Virus record (IMG/VR): IMGVR_UViG_3300024999_000046 | Direction: 5' to 3' (one strand) | From: an uncultured virus (IMG/VR IMGVR_UViG_3300024999_000046) | Lineage: Duplodnaviria > Heunggongvirae > Uroviricota > Caudoviricetes | DNA: 64,000 nucleotides | Shown: in pieces, positions 10,042 through 20,481 of the stretch | Position numbering within the stretch: position 1 is the stretch's first letter | How the letters are laid out: each line of letters begins with the position of its first letter | Position numbers and translations under genes: made by a program | The notes under the pieces: generated by a model | Seen by the model: only the letters and a program-made list of their open reading frames with translations | What the model was told of the DNA's origin: nothing | The model's database searches: none

Positions 10042-13000
10042 ATGTTCATAGATATAGACTTAACTAAAACCCCTCAAAGACCAAAACTTTATCTTTGTAA
10101 ACCCAATAAAACAATTATTGCATCATTAAAGGAACATTATAATAGTAGTTTAAAGCTAAATTTAACTACTTTAAATGAATTAACTTTTGATTTACCATAT
10201 ATGATAGATATAAATCATCAATTCCAACGTAATATTAATTGTGACTTAATTAAAAACAGATATCTAATTAAATTAATTCTAGGAGAATACACTGAATTTT
10301 TCATCATTAATAACCCTTCATCCAATGCTGATGATAATTCTGACTTTTATCAAATTAATTGTTATTCATTAGAATATGAATTAAAGGATAAGAATATAAG
10401 GTCTTATAAAATCGATTCTGTAAAATTATCTGAAATTATGAGTGTAACTGGTTTTGATAGATCAGTCACAACAATTACTGACGGAATTTCTACAACAGTT
10501 GTAACTCACACAGACGGAATTCTCAAAGAAACAGCATGGACTTTGGGCTCTTATCCTGAAACTCTAAATTCTGTTTATCGTTCATTCGATGTTTCAGTAA
10601 AAACAAAACTTGATTTCATATTAGAAATTGCAGAGAAGTTTAATCTCGTTGCCAAATTTGATTCTGTGAATAGAAAAATAAATTTTTATACAATAGATGA
10701 TATTGGAATTTACAAAGGATTAATAATTTCAGATAAAAGATATTTGCGTACAATTGTTCAAAATATTGATTCTGAAACATTTTGCACAAGATTAAAAGTT
10801 TATGGTAAAGATGGTTTAACAATTAATTCAATTAATCCAACTGGACAGTCCCCGATCGAGGACTATTCATATTTTTTATTTCCTTTTGAAAGAGATGAGA
10901 TTACTAGAACTGTCTTTAAACATAGTGATTATATGTCCGATGATTTGTGTCATAAGCTTTTAGATTATCAAATATTATTATCTCAAAATAGAGATGGTTT
11001 TAGTACATTATTATCACAATTAACAACCTATCAATCTAATTTGACTACTAAACAAAATGAAATGACATTATTGACAGATGCTATGAAAATTATTGATGAT
11101 AATATTGAATCTGCGAAAAATACAGGTCATAGTACAACAACTTTAATTGCTGAAAAAGTTGCCCAACAATTATTAATAGACGCTAAACAATTAGAAATTG
11201 ATGGGATAAATTCTCAAATTACAGGAGTAAAATCTTCAATTACAGAAATTCAAACCACTTTATCTTATGAGGGATATTTCTCTTCTACCCCTGAATTATT
11301 GTTAGAACTTCAAACATCGTATCAGATTGACAAAGATTGGACGAATGATAGTTTGCTAAGTTCTACAGATTTGTATATTTACGGATTAGATGAAATGGAG
11401 AAACGGAAAAATCCAACAGTAATTATTCAAATGAATATTGTAAATTTTCTAGAGATTTTAAGTGAACAATCTAATTGGGATAAAATAAATATAGGAGATT
11501 CAATTTCTATTAAACATGAGCAATTAGGAATTGATTTGACAGCTAGAATTATTGAATGCAACTTTGACTTCGAAAGTGCTGAAATACAATTAACAATTTC
11601 TAATGTTAAAAGTAAAAATTCAAAATTAGAAGATATATTGTACAATACAACATCAGTTGTAGATATAGTTGATGTAAACAGGTTAAGATGGGATTCCTCA
11701 TTAATCAACGCCACAGAATACGTAGACCAACAAATACAAGAAATGACTGGAACATTATTAAATCTAAATATTGACATTAATAGATTTGCTGCGGATGGAT
11801 ATATAACACTGACAGAAAGCCAAGCACTAGAACTCACTCTAGAACAAGCAATTTCTGAATCACAAGATATTTTAACTATTGCTTATAATCTTGATATTTC
11901 TACAGAGAGGATTGCTTATAGTAACGCCTTAGATGCTCTAGAAACAGAACTTAGAAGCAAATGGATTGATCAACCAAGTTATAACCCTCCTATTGTTGTT
12001 CTTGATACAGAAAGAGTTATTATTACTAATTTATTTAAAGATGTAGAAAATAAAAAATCTATATTAATAAATTTAATTGGATTAACTCGTCAAAATGATG
12101 GCAAAAGATATGTTGAGGATCAAGTAACAGAACTCAATACAGTATTAAGTGAATTACAACTTCAAGTAAATGAATTTATTGATAATGATAAAATTACAGA
12201 ATTAGAAGCAACAGATATATTAAGTCCATTAGTTGCTCAAGTTACATTAGAGTCTAATGATATTGTTGCTATCGCAGTTCAATTGGATGATATAGTTGAC
12301 CATACAGAAAAAACAATTGATGTTAGTAAATATGATTATCAGATTTTAGAATCAGCAAAAAATAATTATCAAACTGCGTTTAGTGCTCTTATTGGTGAAA
12401 TTGATGATTGGTTGAATCAGTTATCTTCAGATTATCCAATTGAGATATCTGTAAGTAAAGGGAAAACAGTTAATAAGAAATTCAAAAATGTTGAAAATGC
12501 TAAAAATTTATTAGAATCAACAATTGCTACAATTCAAAGTAATAATGAACTTACTTATGTTGACCAACAGGTATTTGAAGCAAATGTAGCGATTACAGCT
12601 ATGCAAACTGATATTACTTCATTTGCAAAAGATAACTATATTACTTATGATGAATATATCTCATTAAAGGGATCATTCGATAATATAGTTGCTGAAAGTG
12701 CTGATATAATTGATATTGCACAAAGCATGTCTGTTTCTACTACTCTAATAAACAATTATCAAAATTCATTAACTGGAACTATAGCATCGTGTGGTGTTGA
12801 TGGTTTACAAGTAGAATTAGAAAAATGGATAATATTGTTACCAACAAGTCCAGATAAGAAAATTACAAAAAAGCAAAAAGATACATTGCTTAATAAGTTT
12901 AAATTAGTTATGAGTACAAAATTAAAATTAAATAATGCAATTACATTAGCAACGCCAGAATATAGTGTTGATGGTGAAATATCTATAAGGGGAACTGGTG

Positions 13001-16000
13001 CTAATCATAATTCAGACCGTTTGTTAAGGATTAATAGAAAGAAAAAAACTGCTAGTAGTGCTGATGGTAGAGGACTAATGTTAACAGTTATTAGTAGAGA
13101 AGATTTGTCTATAATATTTACTCAATTATATGATACTTATAATTCTGATGAAGTAGGAAGAAATTTATTAGCAACAAAATTAGATTCATTAGACGATACG
13201 GTGATTGTGACATTAACTTCTTATAATTCAATTGGATGGAATTCTACACTATTGACTGCAATGATTAAATGTGGTGGTACAGGAACAGATACAGGAGCAG
13301 GTAAATTTCCATTCGCATTTATTGGTATTCCAGGATTATTCAAAGGTTCTGCATTAGAAGTATTTTCTGATTCAGGAATTAAAGCTCCATATGCAGATAT
13401 ATTTACAAAAGTAATAGATGGTACACCACAAGGAATAGCAGTAGGAACGTCTGTAATTTCAGCACAAGCAATACTGGCTGTTCAAACAGCAGAATCAGAT
13501 AAAGTTGTTGCAATGGTGGATATTAATAAAGTTGCTTTAAATACTACTATTACATCTTCTGAAAAGAAAACTGTAAAAAAATATTGGGATGCAATAGTTG
13601 CTGAAAAAACAGATATAGATAGTCAAGCTAATTATTGGAATACAATTGATTACCCAGATGTTCAAAGTGCATTAATTAATTATGATTCAAATTATAGTAC
13701 ATTTTATGCTTATATTACTCCAATATTATCTGATATGACATCTAGTTCTACAATTGTTAGTGCTACTTTTATTGCAAATTTTACTAATTATTATAACTTT
13801 AAAATAGCATTACTTAAAGCAATTATGGGAGTAGCAAGAAATTATATTGGAGATGCAATCTCAGGTTTAGCTGAATCTATGATTTCTTTAGGGGCAGAAA
13901 TTAATGATGCTTTTAGTGATAGTAAAATATATGAACCAGAAGCAAGTAGACTTGCGAGTGATTTAGCATCGGTTAAATCTGAATCAGAGCCATTAATTTT
14001 ACTTGCTACTAATTTAGGTTTAGATAAAACAGGGGACTATGAAAAATTTAATTATCAAAAAGCATTAGATGATTTAACTACTTTATTAGGAACTTGGATA
14101 GGTAAAGATAGTAGTGACTATCCAATTGATGTAACAGCAGATGAAAAAACAGCAGTATCTACTGGGTTTTCTACTGTTCAAACTACAAAATCCTTTCTTC
14201 TTAACAAAATATCTAACGTTCAAGTTGACAATGCTAATTTAGTTATAGTAAACTCTCTAAAAACATTCGTAGATACCATTTACACAGCAGATCCTACTAA
14301 TTTTTCAAGTCAAACTGATGGTTTAATTGAGTGTTGGTTTTATGGGTATGCTCCATTATTAACTAATCTTCCAAGCAGTGATTGGACTACAAATACAATA
14401 AAGGTAAAGCATTTAGGAGATTTGTTTTATGATATAGTTTCTGGAAATGCTTACAGATTCTCATATACAACTGCTTATGAATGGACTCCAATAACTGATA
14501 CAACTGTAATTGCAACATTATTAGAAGATTCAAGGTCGCAAGGTTCATTAGATACAAAAAGAAGAATATTTATTACTCAACCTATTCCTCCTTATAGTAT
14601 TGAAGATTTATGGAGACAGATCAATGGTGATATAAAAATCTGTATAGTTGAAAAACCAACAGGAAGTTATGTTACTACTGATTGGATTGATTCTACTGAT
14701 TACACAGATAATATTGTTGCAAAAATGACAAAATCAATAGCAAATCAAGCAAAGACAGACGCTACTTCTGCATTAGATGATTTATCAGATATTGCCAATG
14801 ATAATAAAATTAAGAAAGATGAGAAAGTTAGAACATTAAAACCAAGATGGGATATAATTGTTTCAGAAAAAGCAAATATAGATGCACAAGTTTTATTATA
14901 TCCTTCTGGTGCAATGACAGCGTTATATGGTACATATGTAAGTAATCATGGTATTTTGAATGCGTATTTAAATGTTACGGTTCTTTCTGGTAATTCAACT
15001 GCTATTCTTGCAGATTTAACAACATTCTCAATGATTGATCGTGATCTTTTCAATTTGAATTTTAATAATTATTATAATGCAAGAGAAGCATTGTTAAATT
15101 TTATCGCATCTGCAGCAAAAGCATATGCTGAATCTAGAACTCCTATCCTTGGATTTTTGGATAATGATAGTGTAACTATTGCTACTGATTCTGCAGGTAA
15201 TGGTGGAGTTTATACTAATGCAGTTTCTAGAATTTATATTTATATTGGAGGAACTGATGATTCTGTAAATTGGTCAGTTACAACTTCGCCAAGCTCTGGT
15301 GTTAGTGGCAGTTTATCTGGAAAAACATATACAGTTAGTAATATGACAGTTGATAATGGATTTGTAGATTTTACGGCTACTAAGAGTGGAAATGCAAATG
15401 TTGTTAAAAGGTTTTCAATATCTAAGGCAAAATCTGGTACGATTGGACAAAATGCAACTTCTTATTGGTTGGTTACGTCTGTTCCAGCAATTGGTAAATC
15501 AATATCAGGAGTGTATACACCAACTAGTTTTACAATAACAGGAAAATCACAAACTGGAACTGGAAGTCCTGCAAATTATTCAGGAAGATTTGTCATTGAT
15601 GATTCAATGGATGGAGTTAATTATACCAATCGCTATACAAGTGCTAGTGATGAATCTATAAAAAGTTATACGCCATTAGCAGGAATTAAAACATTGAAGG
15701 TTAGTATGTATTTAGCAGGAGGAACATCTTCATTATTAGATCAACAGATAATTCCGATTGTAAGCGATGGTAGTAACGGAAGTAATGGGACAAACGGAAC
15801 AAATGGAACTAACGGTAGTTATGTAAGCAATATATTTATAAGAAGTAGCTCTAATCCTCCTGCAACGCCTACTGGAACTACAGGAGCAATACCTTCTGGA
15901 TGGTACGATGTTCCTCCGACTGGAACAACTCCTCCATTGTGGTTTTCTAAAGGTACTGTTTTAAATAATGTATTAACTATACCATGGAGTGACCCAGTTA

Positions 16001-16611
16001 GATTAGATGGAGCAATTGGAGCAACAGGAGATTCTATTATTGCAGAATATTCTATTGATGGTTCAACTTTGTGGCATTCTACATTTACTTCTGGTGATAA
16101 ATATATGCATACTAAAATCGGAATAAATGGAACTTTTGGAACAGCAATTAAAATTGTTGGAGATAATGGAGTTGATGGTTCAATAGTAACAGAAGCATAT
16201 ATTCCATTATTTTATCCTGCACATTCATCATATGTTTCTACTACAGATGTAACAAATTTTAAATTGCTTACTATGGGATCTACTGCATTAACTACTTTTG
16301 TTAGTGGTTTTGCTATATCTTCTGCAAATATCCTTCACAATATAGGAGTTTGGCCTGTAGGAACTACATTTGCACTTGAAGCTATTTGGTATTCGACAAA
16401 CAGTTCTTATCATGCGGAAGTAGAATTGTTTAATGGAGTTGGGTCTGGTTTTCCATCATCATATATGAATACAGCACTTACTTCTCCAAAAAAAATAAGA
16501 AGTGGGACATTTTCCATTGCCAATGGAACTACAATAGCAGTTGGCATCAGTTGTGATGGAGGGGCTTGCCGTATTTGTAGAGCAGATTTAGTAGTGTTTC
16601 CACCAGTATAA
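10042..16611 (+). CDS. large tail spike/host-specificity protein with prophage-tail N-terminus, helical repeats, ILEI-like domain and collagen-like stretch
   Basis: Follows distal tail gene; TRLKVYGKDGL motif; repeated D..IT..E...L units; GSNGSNGTNGTNG. Confidence 0.85.
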   Translation: MFIDIDLTKTPQRPKLYLCKPNKTIIASLKEHYNSSLKLNLTTLNELTFDLPYMIDINHQFQRNINCDLIKNRYLIKLILGEYTEFFIINNPSSNADDNSDFYQINCYSLEYELKDKNIRSYKIDSVKLSEIMSVTGFDRSVTTITDGISTTVVTHTDGILKETAWTLGSYPETLNSVYRSFDVSVKTKLDFILEIAEKFNLVAKFDSVNRKINFYTIDDIGIYKGLIISDKRYLRTIVQNIDSETFCTRLKVYGKDGLTINSINPTGQSPIEDYSYFLFPFERDEITRTVFKHSDYMSDDLCHKLLDYQILLSQNRDGFSTLLSQLTTYQSNLTTKQNEMTLLTDAMKIIDDNIESAKNTGHSTTTLIAEKVAQQLLIDAKQLEIDGINSQITGVKSSITEIQTTLSYEGYFSSTPELLLELQTSYQIDKDWTNDSLLSSTDLYIYGLDEMEKRKNPTVIIQMNIVNFLEILSEQSNWDKINIGDSISIKHEQLGIDLTARIIECNFDFESAEIQLTISNVKSKNSKLEDILYNTTSVVDIVDVNRLRWDSSLINATEYVDQQIQEMTGTLLNLNIDINRFAADGYITLTESQALELTLEQAISESQDILTIAYNLDISTERIAYSNALDALETELRSKWIDQPSYNPPIVVLDTERVIITNLFKDVENKKSILINLIGLTRQNDGKRYVEDQVTELNTVLSELQLQVNEFIDNDKITELEATDILSPLVAQVTLESNDIVAIAVQLDDIVDHTEKTIDVSKYDYQILESAKNNYQTAFSALIGEIDDWLNQLSSDYPIEISVSKGKTVNKKFKNVENAKNLLESTIATIQSNNELTYVDQQVFEANVAITAMQTDITSFAKDNYITYDEYISLKGSFDNIVAESADIIDIAQSMSVSTTLINNYQNSLTGTIASCGVDGLQVELEKWIILLPTSPDKKITKKQKDTLLNKFKLVMSTKLKLNNAITLATPEYSVDGEISIRGTGANHNSDRLLRINRKKKTASSADGRGLMLTVISREDLSIIFTQLYDTYNSDEVGRNLLATKLDSLDDTVIVTLTSYNSIGWNSTLLTAMIKCGGTGTDTGAGKFPFAFIGIPGLFKGSALEVFSDSGIKAPYADIFTKVIDGTPQGIAVGTSVISAQAILAVQTAESDKVVAMVDINKVALNTTITSSEKKTVKKYWDAIVAEKTDIDSQANYWNTIDYPDVQSALINYDSNYSTFYAYITPILSDMTSSSTIVSATFIANFTNYYNFKIALLKAIMGVARNYIGDAISGLAESMISLGAEINDAFSDSKIYEPEASRLASDLASVKSESEPLILLATNLGLDKTGDYEKFNYQKALDDLTTLLGTWIGKDSSDYPIDVTADEKTAVSTGFSTVQTTKSFLLNKISNVQVDNANLVIVNSLKTFVDTIYTADPTNFSSQTDGLIECWFYGYAPLLTNLPSSDWTTNTIKVKHLGDLFYDIVSGNAYRFSYTTAYEWTPITDTTVIATLLEDSRSQGSLDTKRRIFITQPIPPYSIEDLWRQINGDIKICIVEKPTGSYVTTDWIDSTDYTDNIVAKMTKSIANQAKTDATSALDDLSDIANDNKIKKDEKVRTLKPRWDIIVSEKANIDAQVLLYPSGAMTALYGTYVSNHGILNAYLNVTVLSGNSTAILADLTTFSMIDRDLFNLNFNNYYNAREALLNFIASAAKAYAESRTPILGFLDNDSVTIATDSAGNGGVYTNAVSRIYIYIGGTDDSVNWSVTTSPSSGVSGSLSGKTYTVSNMTVDNGFVDFTATKSGNANVVKRFSISKAKSGTIGQNATSYWLVTSVPAIGKSISGVYTPTSFTITGKSQTGTGSPANYSGRFVIDDSMDGVNYTNRYTSASDESIKSYTPLAGIKTLKVSMYLAGGTSSLLDQQIIPIVSDGSNGSNGTNGTNGTNGSYVSNIFIRSSSNPPATPTGTTGAIPSGWYDVPPTGTTPPLWFSKGTVLNNVLTIPWSDPVRLDGAIGATGDSIIAEYSIDGSTLWHSTFTSGDKYMHTKIGINGTFGTAIKIVGDNGVDGSIVTEAYIPLFYPAHSSYVSTTDVTNFKLLTMGSTALTTFVSGFAISSANILHNIGVWPVGTTFALEAIWYSTNSSYHAEVELFNGVGSGFPSSYMNTALTSPKKIRSGTFSIANGTTIAVGISCDGGACRICRADLVVFPPV

Positions 16612-16627
16612 AAAAAAGGGGTGAAAT

Positions 16628-17182
16628 ATGTATTTATTTTATAATTCAGAAGGAACATTTGAATGGTGTGTAGGTGATTCTCCAATTGATAATTTAACAG
16701 TTCCCGAAGGATACATAGCATTATATTTAGATGATGTTAATGAAAAAGATATAATAAAAAATTATTCCAATTATAAAATGAAAGATGGGGTTATTGTATA
16801 TGACCCCATTCCTGAATCAATAAGATTATCTTTTGAACAACAATCAAAGATAGAAGAACTTAATATAGCTTGTAATTTAGATATTTTAGATGGATTTTAT
16901 TCATCAGTTCTAGGAGGAGAAAAACACAAATATAAATTTAATTTAGAGTGGCAAAATAACTTCAATAGACAAATGAATAGTTTGATATTAGATTCAACAG
17001 TAAATGAAGTAATATGGAATACTATAGATATTGGAACAATTAAACTGACGCGAGAACAGTTTATAAATTTATACCAAGATTCTAAAAAGTTTATAGATGA
17101 CAAAATGAATAGATATTATAGTTTAAAAGAAACTATAATAAATTGTAAAAATACTGATGAAATAAAAATAATTAATTGGTGA
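16628..17182 (+). CDS. DUF4376-like tail fibre assembly protein
   Basis: KIEELNIACNLDILDGF and LTREQFINL motifs, ends IKIINW. Confidence 0.7.
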   Translation: MYLFYNSEGTFEWCVGDSPIDNLTVPEGYIALYLDDVNEKDIIKNYSNYKMKDGVIVYDPIPESIRLSFEQQSKIEELNIACNLDILDGFYSSVLGGEKHKYKFNLEWQNNFNRQMNSLILDSTVNEVIWNTIDIGTIKLTREQFINLYQDSKKFIDDKMNRYYSLKETIINCKNTDEIKIINW

Positions 17183-17194
17183 TTAATTATATAT

Positions 17195-17223
17195 TTGCAA
17201 TTCCCTCTTCTTTCCTATATAAT
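17195..17223 (+). promoter_or_regulatory. sigma-A promoter of moron 1
   Basis: TTGCAA-17-TATAAT. Confidence 0.7.
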
Positions 17224-17255
17224 GATTACAATAATAGTAAAGGGAGGGAATATCT

Positions 17256-18246
17256 ATGAAGATCAAAAAAACTATTAACAACTATTACATTATCATTAAC
17301 TTTATTATCTATTTCAATATTTCCAGTATATGCTTCAGAACCAATAAACTCAGATAGTATACCACAATCAATCTCTAGCACAAATTTAATAAATCAATCA
17401 AAGGTAACAAAGGTAGCACTAAATTGTAAAACAAAAAATTTGATCGTAGGAGCAAATGAAACCTTAGTTGCGACTGTTTCTCCATTTGCTGCAAAAAATA
17501 AGTCGGTTACATGGAAATCTAGCAACACAAAAATAGCTACAGTAGATTCAAATGGAAATGTTAAAGGTTTGAGAACTGGAAAGGCAACCATTACTGTAAC
17601 TACAGTGGATGGTAAAAAGACAGCCAAATGTACTGTTACGGTGGTAAATGGCAGTCAAGTTACATTTAATGATATTAATTTAGAGAGAACCGTAAGAGAT
17701 ATTATCAATAAACCAACAGGTACTTTATATACTATAGATGTCCAAGGTATTACTAGTTTAGAGTTACAAGGTTCGGATTTAATTGACCTTACAGGGATTG
17801 AATCTTTAATAAATTTACAAGGAATTTGTTTTAATAATAATAAAATTGTAAATATTAGTCCATTGAAGGGGTTGAAGAAGTTACAAGGTATAAGTTTATT
17901 TGGTAACAAAATTGAAGATATTAATGATTTAAAAGGATTAACCAATTTAACTTTTTTACACTTGGGACAGAATGAAATTAGTGATATCACTGCATTAAGT
18001 GGAATGACAAAGTTAACAAAACTTGTATTGAATAATAATCATGTAACCGATATTAGTAGTTTACAAGGGATGAAAAAATTAATAAATCTTGAATTAGAAG
18101 GGAATCAAATAACTGATATTAGTAGTTTGTATGAACTTGATAAATTAAGATATCTTGTTTTGAATGGGAATCCAATAAGTGATGATCAGATACAAACTCT
18201 AAGAGATGCTTTGCCGGATTGTGGGCATATATCTTTTGGTAATTAA
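17256..18246 (+). pseudogene. secreted Big_2 Ig + internalin-type LRR protein; signal peptide out of frame at A7 run 17265-17271
   Basis: Removing one A gives MKIKKLLTTITLSLTLLSISIFPVYA.. in frame with ORF 17440-18246 (VTWKSSN..ATVD..G.V; 22-aa LRRs). Confidence 0.8.
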
Positions 18247-18262
18247 TTTTATATTTGTTACA

Positions 18263-18293
18263 AGAAAAGACCATTATTTAAAATGGTCTTTTT
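18263..18293. terminator. intrinsic terminator
   Basis: aaaagaccatt-attta-aaatggtctttttt. Confidence 0.75.
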
Positions 18294-18377
18294 ATTTTAA
18301 GTTAAATTTCTTTTGATTGCATTTTCCTCCACTTTAGTATATTCTTATTACAGAAAAAGTAAAGGGAGGAAAATTTA

Positions 18378-19808
18378 ATGAAAAAATTATTAACTATTAT
18401 CACATTATCTCTTGCTCTATTATTCACATCTATTGTTCCAGTGTTTGCAACAGGAGATAATTTAAATTCCAACCAAACATTAGATATGGCAATCTTAAAT
18501 AGCACGAACTCTTCTTTTGATATTTATGAAAGTGAACCGAATGACATAAGAGATGAAGCAAACAAAATTCAGCTTAATAAAAAAATTCATGGAGAAATAA
18601 ATGGCCGATGGGAAGATGATTATTATGAGATCGTCTTAACAAAAAATGAGAATTTAACAATTATTGGATCTATGGTTCCTAATCCTCATATACAGTCAGA
18701 TTTAACTAATGATTTTTTATTATATTTAAGTAATAGTGATACTGAAGATATTGGATGTAGCGAATTAAAAATAGATGATGTTACAGGAGTTTTAACTCAA
18801 GAATTAAGAATTAATGTAAATGCTGGCACTTATTATATTGATGCATGTCAAACTGTAAGTTGTGTTGGTGAAAAATATGTGTTTACAGTAAATGGTACTA
18901 AGGCAATAAAAGTATCTAAAGTTAGTTTAAATAAGAAAACAACATCTCTAAATTTAAGAGATTTTGAAACATTAATTCCTACAGTTTCGCCTCCCAATGC
19001 AACAAATCAGAATACTACTTGGAAATCAAGTAAAACATCAGTAGCGACAGTTGACTCAAATGGTAAAGTTGTAGGCGTAAAAGCTGGAACAGCAGTTATC
19101 ACAGTAACAACAGTGGACGGTAAAAAGAGAGCTACCTGTAAGGTTACAGTGAATAATATTCCTTCCACTGAAATTTATGAAAATGAACAAAATGATGAAG
19201 AGTCTAATGCAAATATTATTCAACTAAATAAAAATATTCATGGAGAAATTAATGAATCAATGGATTTTGATTATTATAAAATTAATTTTCTGAAAGATGG
19301 TAATTTAACAGTTTTAGGATCAATGGATAATGGGGAAGGGAATTCCAGTTTTCAATTATGTTTAGTTGATAGTAATTTGGAAGAAATAGGTTATAGTTCA
19401 GATGTATTTATAAATGATAAAATTACTGGACAAGAATTAAAATTCAAAGTAAATACAGGAACTTATTATATTCTTGCGGTTCAATGGAATGATGATTGTA
19501 TTAATGCAAAATATTCATTTATTGGAAATCTTATTTCTTCTTCTGATCTAAAAGAATTAAACGCTAGCACAACTTCATTAAATATGAAGCAAGGTGCAAG
19601 CAAAGAGATATCTCTTATAGCAACACTTATAGATAAAACAATAAAAGATGTATCATTAGATGCTACATGGGTTTCTAACGATACAGATGTTGCTGTAGTT
19701 GATATTGTAGATAGGACTGTAATAATAGATGCAATTTTAAAAGGATCTGCTGTAATTACTGGTGAATATTTAGGTAAAAAAGTAAGTATTAAAGTTACAG
19801 TTATGTAA
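18378..19808 (+). CDS. secreted protein with two PPC-like domains and Big_2 Ig domains
   Basis: Signal peptide; duplicated YE.E.ND...AN.IQLNK.IHGEIN..D.YY; Big_2 motif. Confidence 0.8.
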   Translation: MKKLLTIITLSLALLFTSIVPVFATGDNLNSNQTLDMAILNSTNSSFDIYESEPNDIRDEANKIQLNKKIHGEINGRWEDDYYEIVLTKNENLTIIGSMVPNPHIQSDLTNDFLLYLSNSDTEDIGCSELKIDDVTGVLTQELRINVNAGTYYIDACQTVSCVGEKYVFTVNGTKAIKVSKVSLNKKTTSLNLRDFETLIPTVSPPNATNQNTTWKSSKTSVATVDSNGKVVGVKAGTAVITVTTVDGKKRATCKVTVNNIPSTEIYENEQNDEESNANIIQLNKNIHGEINESMDFDYYKINFLKDGNLTVLGSMDNGEGNSSFQLCLVDSNLEEIGYSSDVFINDKITGQELKFKVNTGTYYILAVQWNDDCINAKYSFIGNLISSSDLKELNASTTSLNMKQGASKEISLIATLIDKTIKDVSLDATWVSNDTDVAVVDIVDRTVIIDAILKGSAVITGEYLGKKVSIKVTVM

Positions 19809-20027
19809 ATCTAAATTATAGTAAGAATATAGTATAAAGGGAAGACCTGATTAAAAGGTCTTTTTCTTTGTGTTGATTTGCGTGGGTTTTATTGTAATTG
19901 TAATGTAGAAATGTAATGAGAGTCGCGAGGATTGTCTGTGTTGAGTTTGAATTGTGATTTGGTATGATTGTATGGGTCGAATTGATTTGGAGAGTTTTAG
20001 GGATGTTAAATGATAAAATTAACAAAG

Positions 20028-20058
20028 AAAAGAGACTCTAGTTCTAGTAGAGTCTCTA
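20028..20058 (-). terminator. intrinsic terminator downstream of the tnpB locus
   Basis: agagactcta-gttctag-tagagtctct preceded by an A-run on + strand. Confidence 0.65.
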
Positions 20059-20264
20059 GATAATACAATATATTTATTTCTTAATTATAGCTTATCCCAA
20101 TACAACTAAATTCTTACCTTTCTCCTTTATATCCAATAACACATCATAAATGTAATCAATACCAATAGTTTTAACTCTAGTCAATTCTGAATCAATATCG
20201 TCCCTATCACTTTCACAAGAAATATTAAAATAATTTTCAAATCCTTTATTTGGTAAATTCTTAT

Positions 20265-20481
20265 CTGAATCACTGCACACGCTTCCCTACGGTCGTATGG
20301 CAGGTTCTACATTAATTAACTCGTCTCTAAGCTCTCATTTACAGGCATTATACTCATCTGTATTTTACAACATCTTAGCTATTGAATTAATTATCCATAG
20401 ACTTTTACTATCAATATCTCCATTGAGACAATTAGCGATAGCATAAGGCTCGATTCTAAACCTTTTTGATTTTTAATAATT
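20265..20481 (-). ncRNA. putative TnpB omegaRNA/reRNA scaffold and element right end
   Basis: ~215 nt non-coding directly 3' of tnpB, ending in GC-richer hairpin GAACCTGC..GCAGTGATTC then TCAG. Confidence 0.55.

Noticed and set aside
19816..20025. 69-aa minus-strand ORF in a G/T-skewed tract
   Set aside because: No RBS, low-complexity composition, lies between two terminators.
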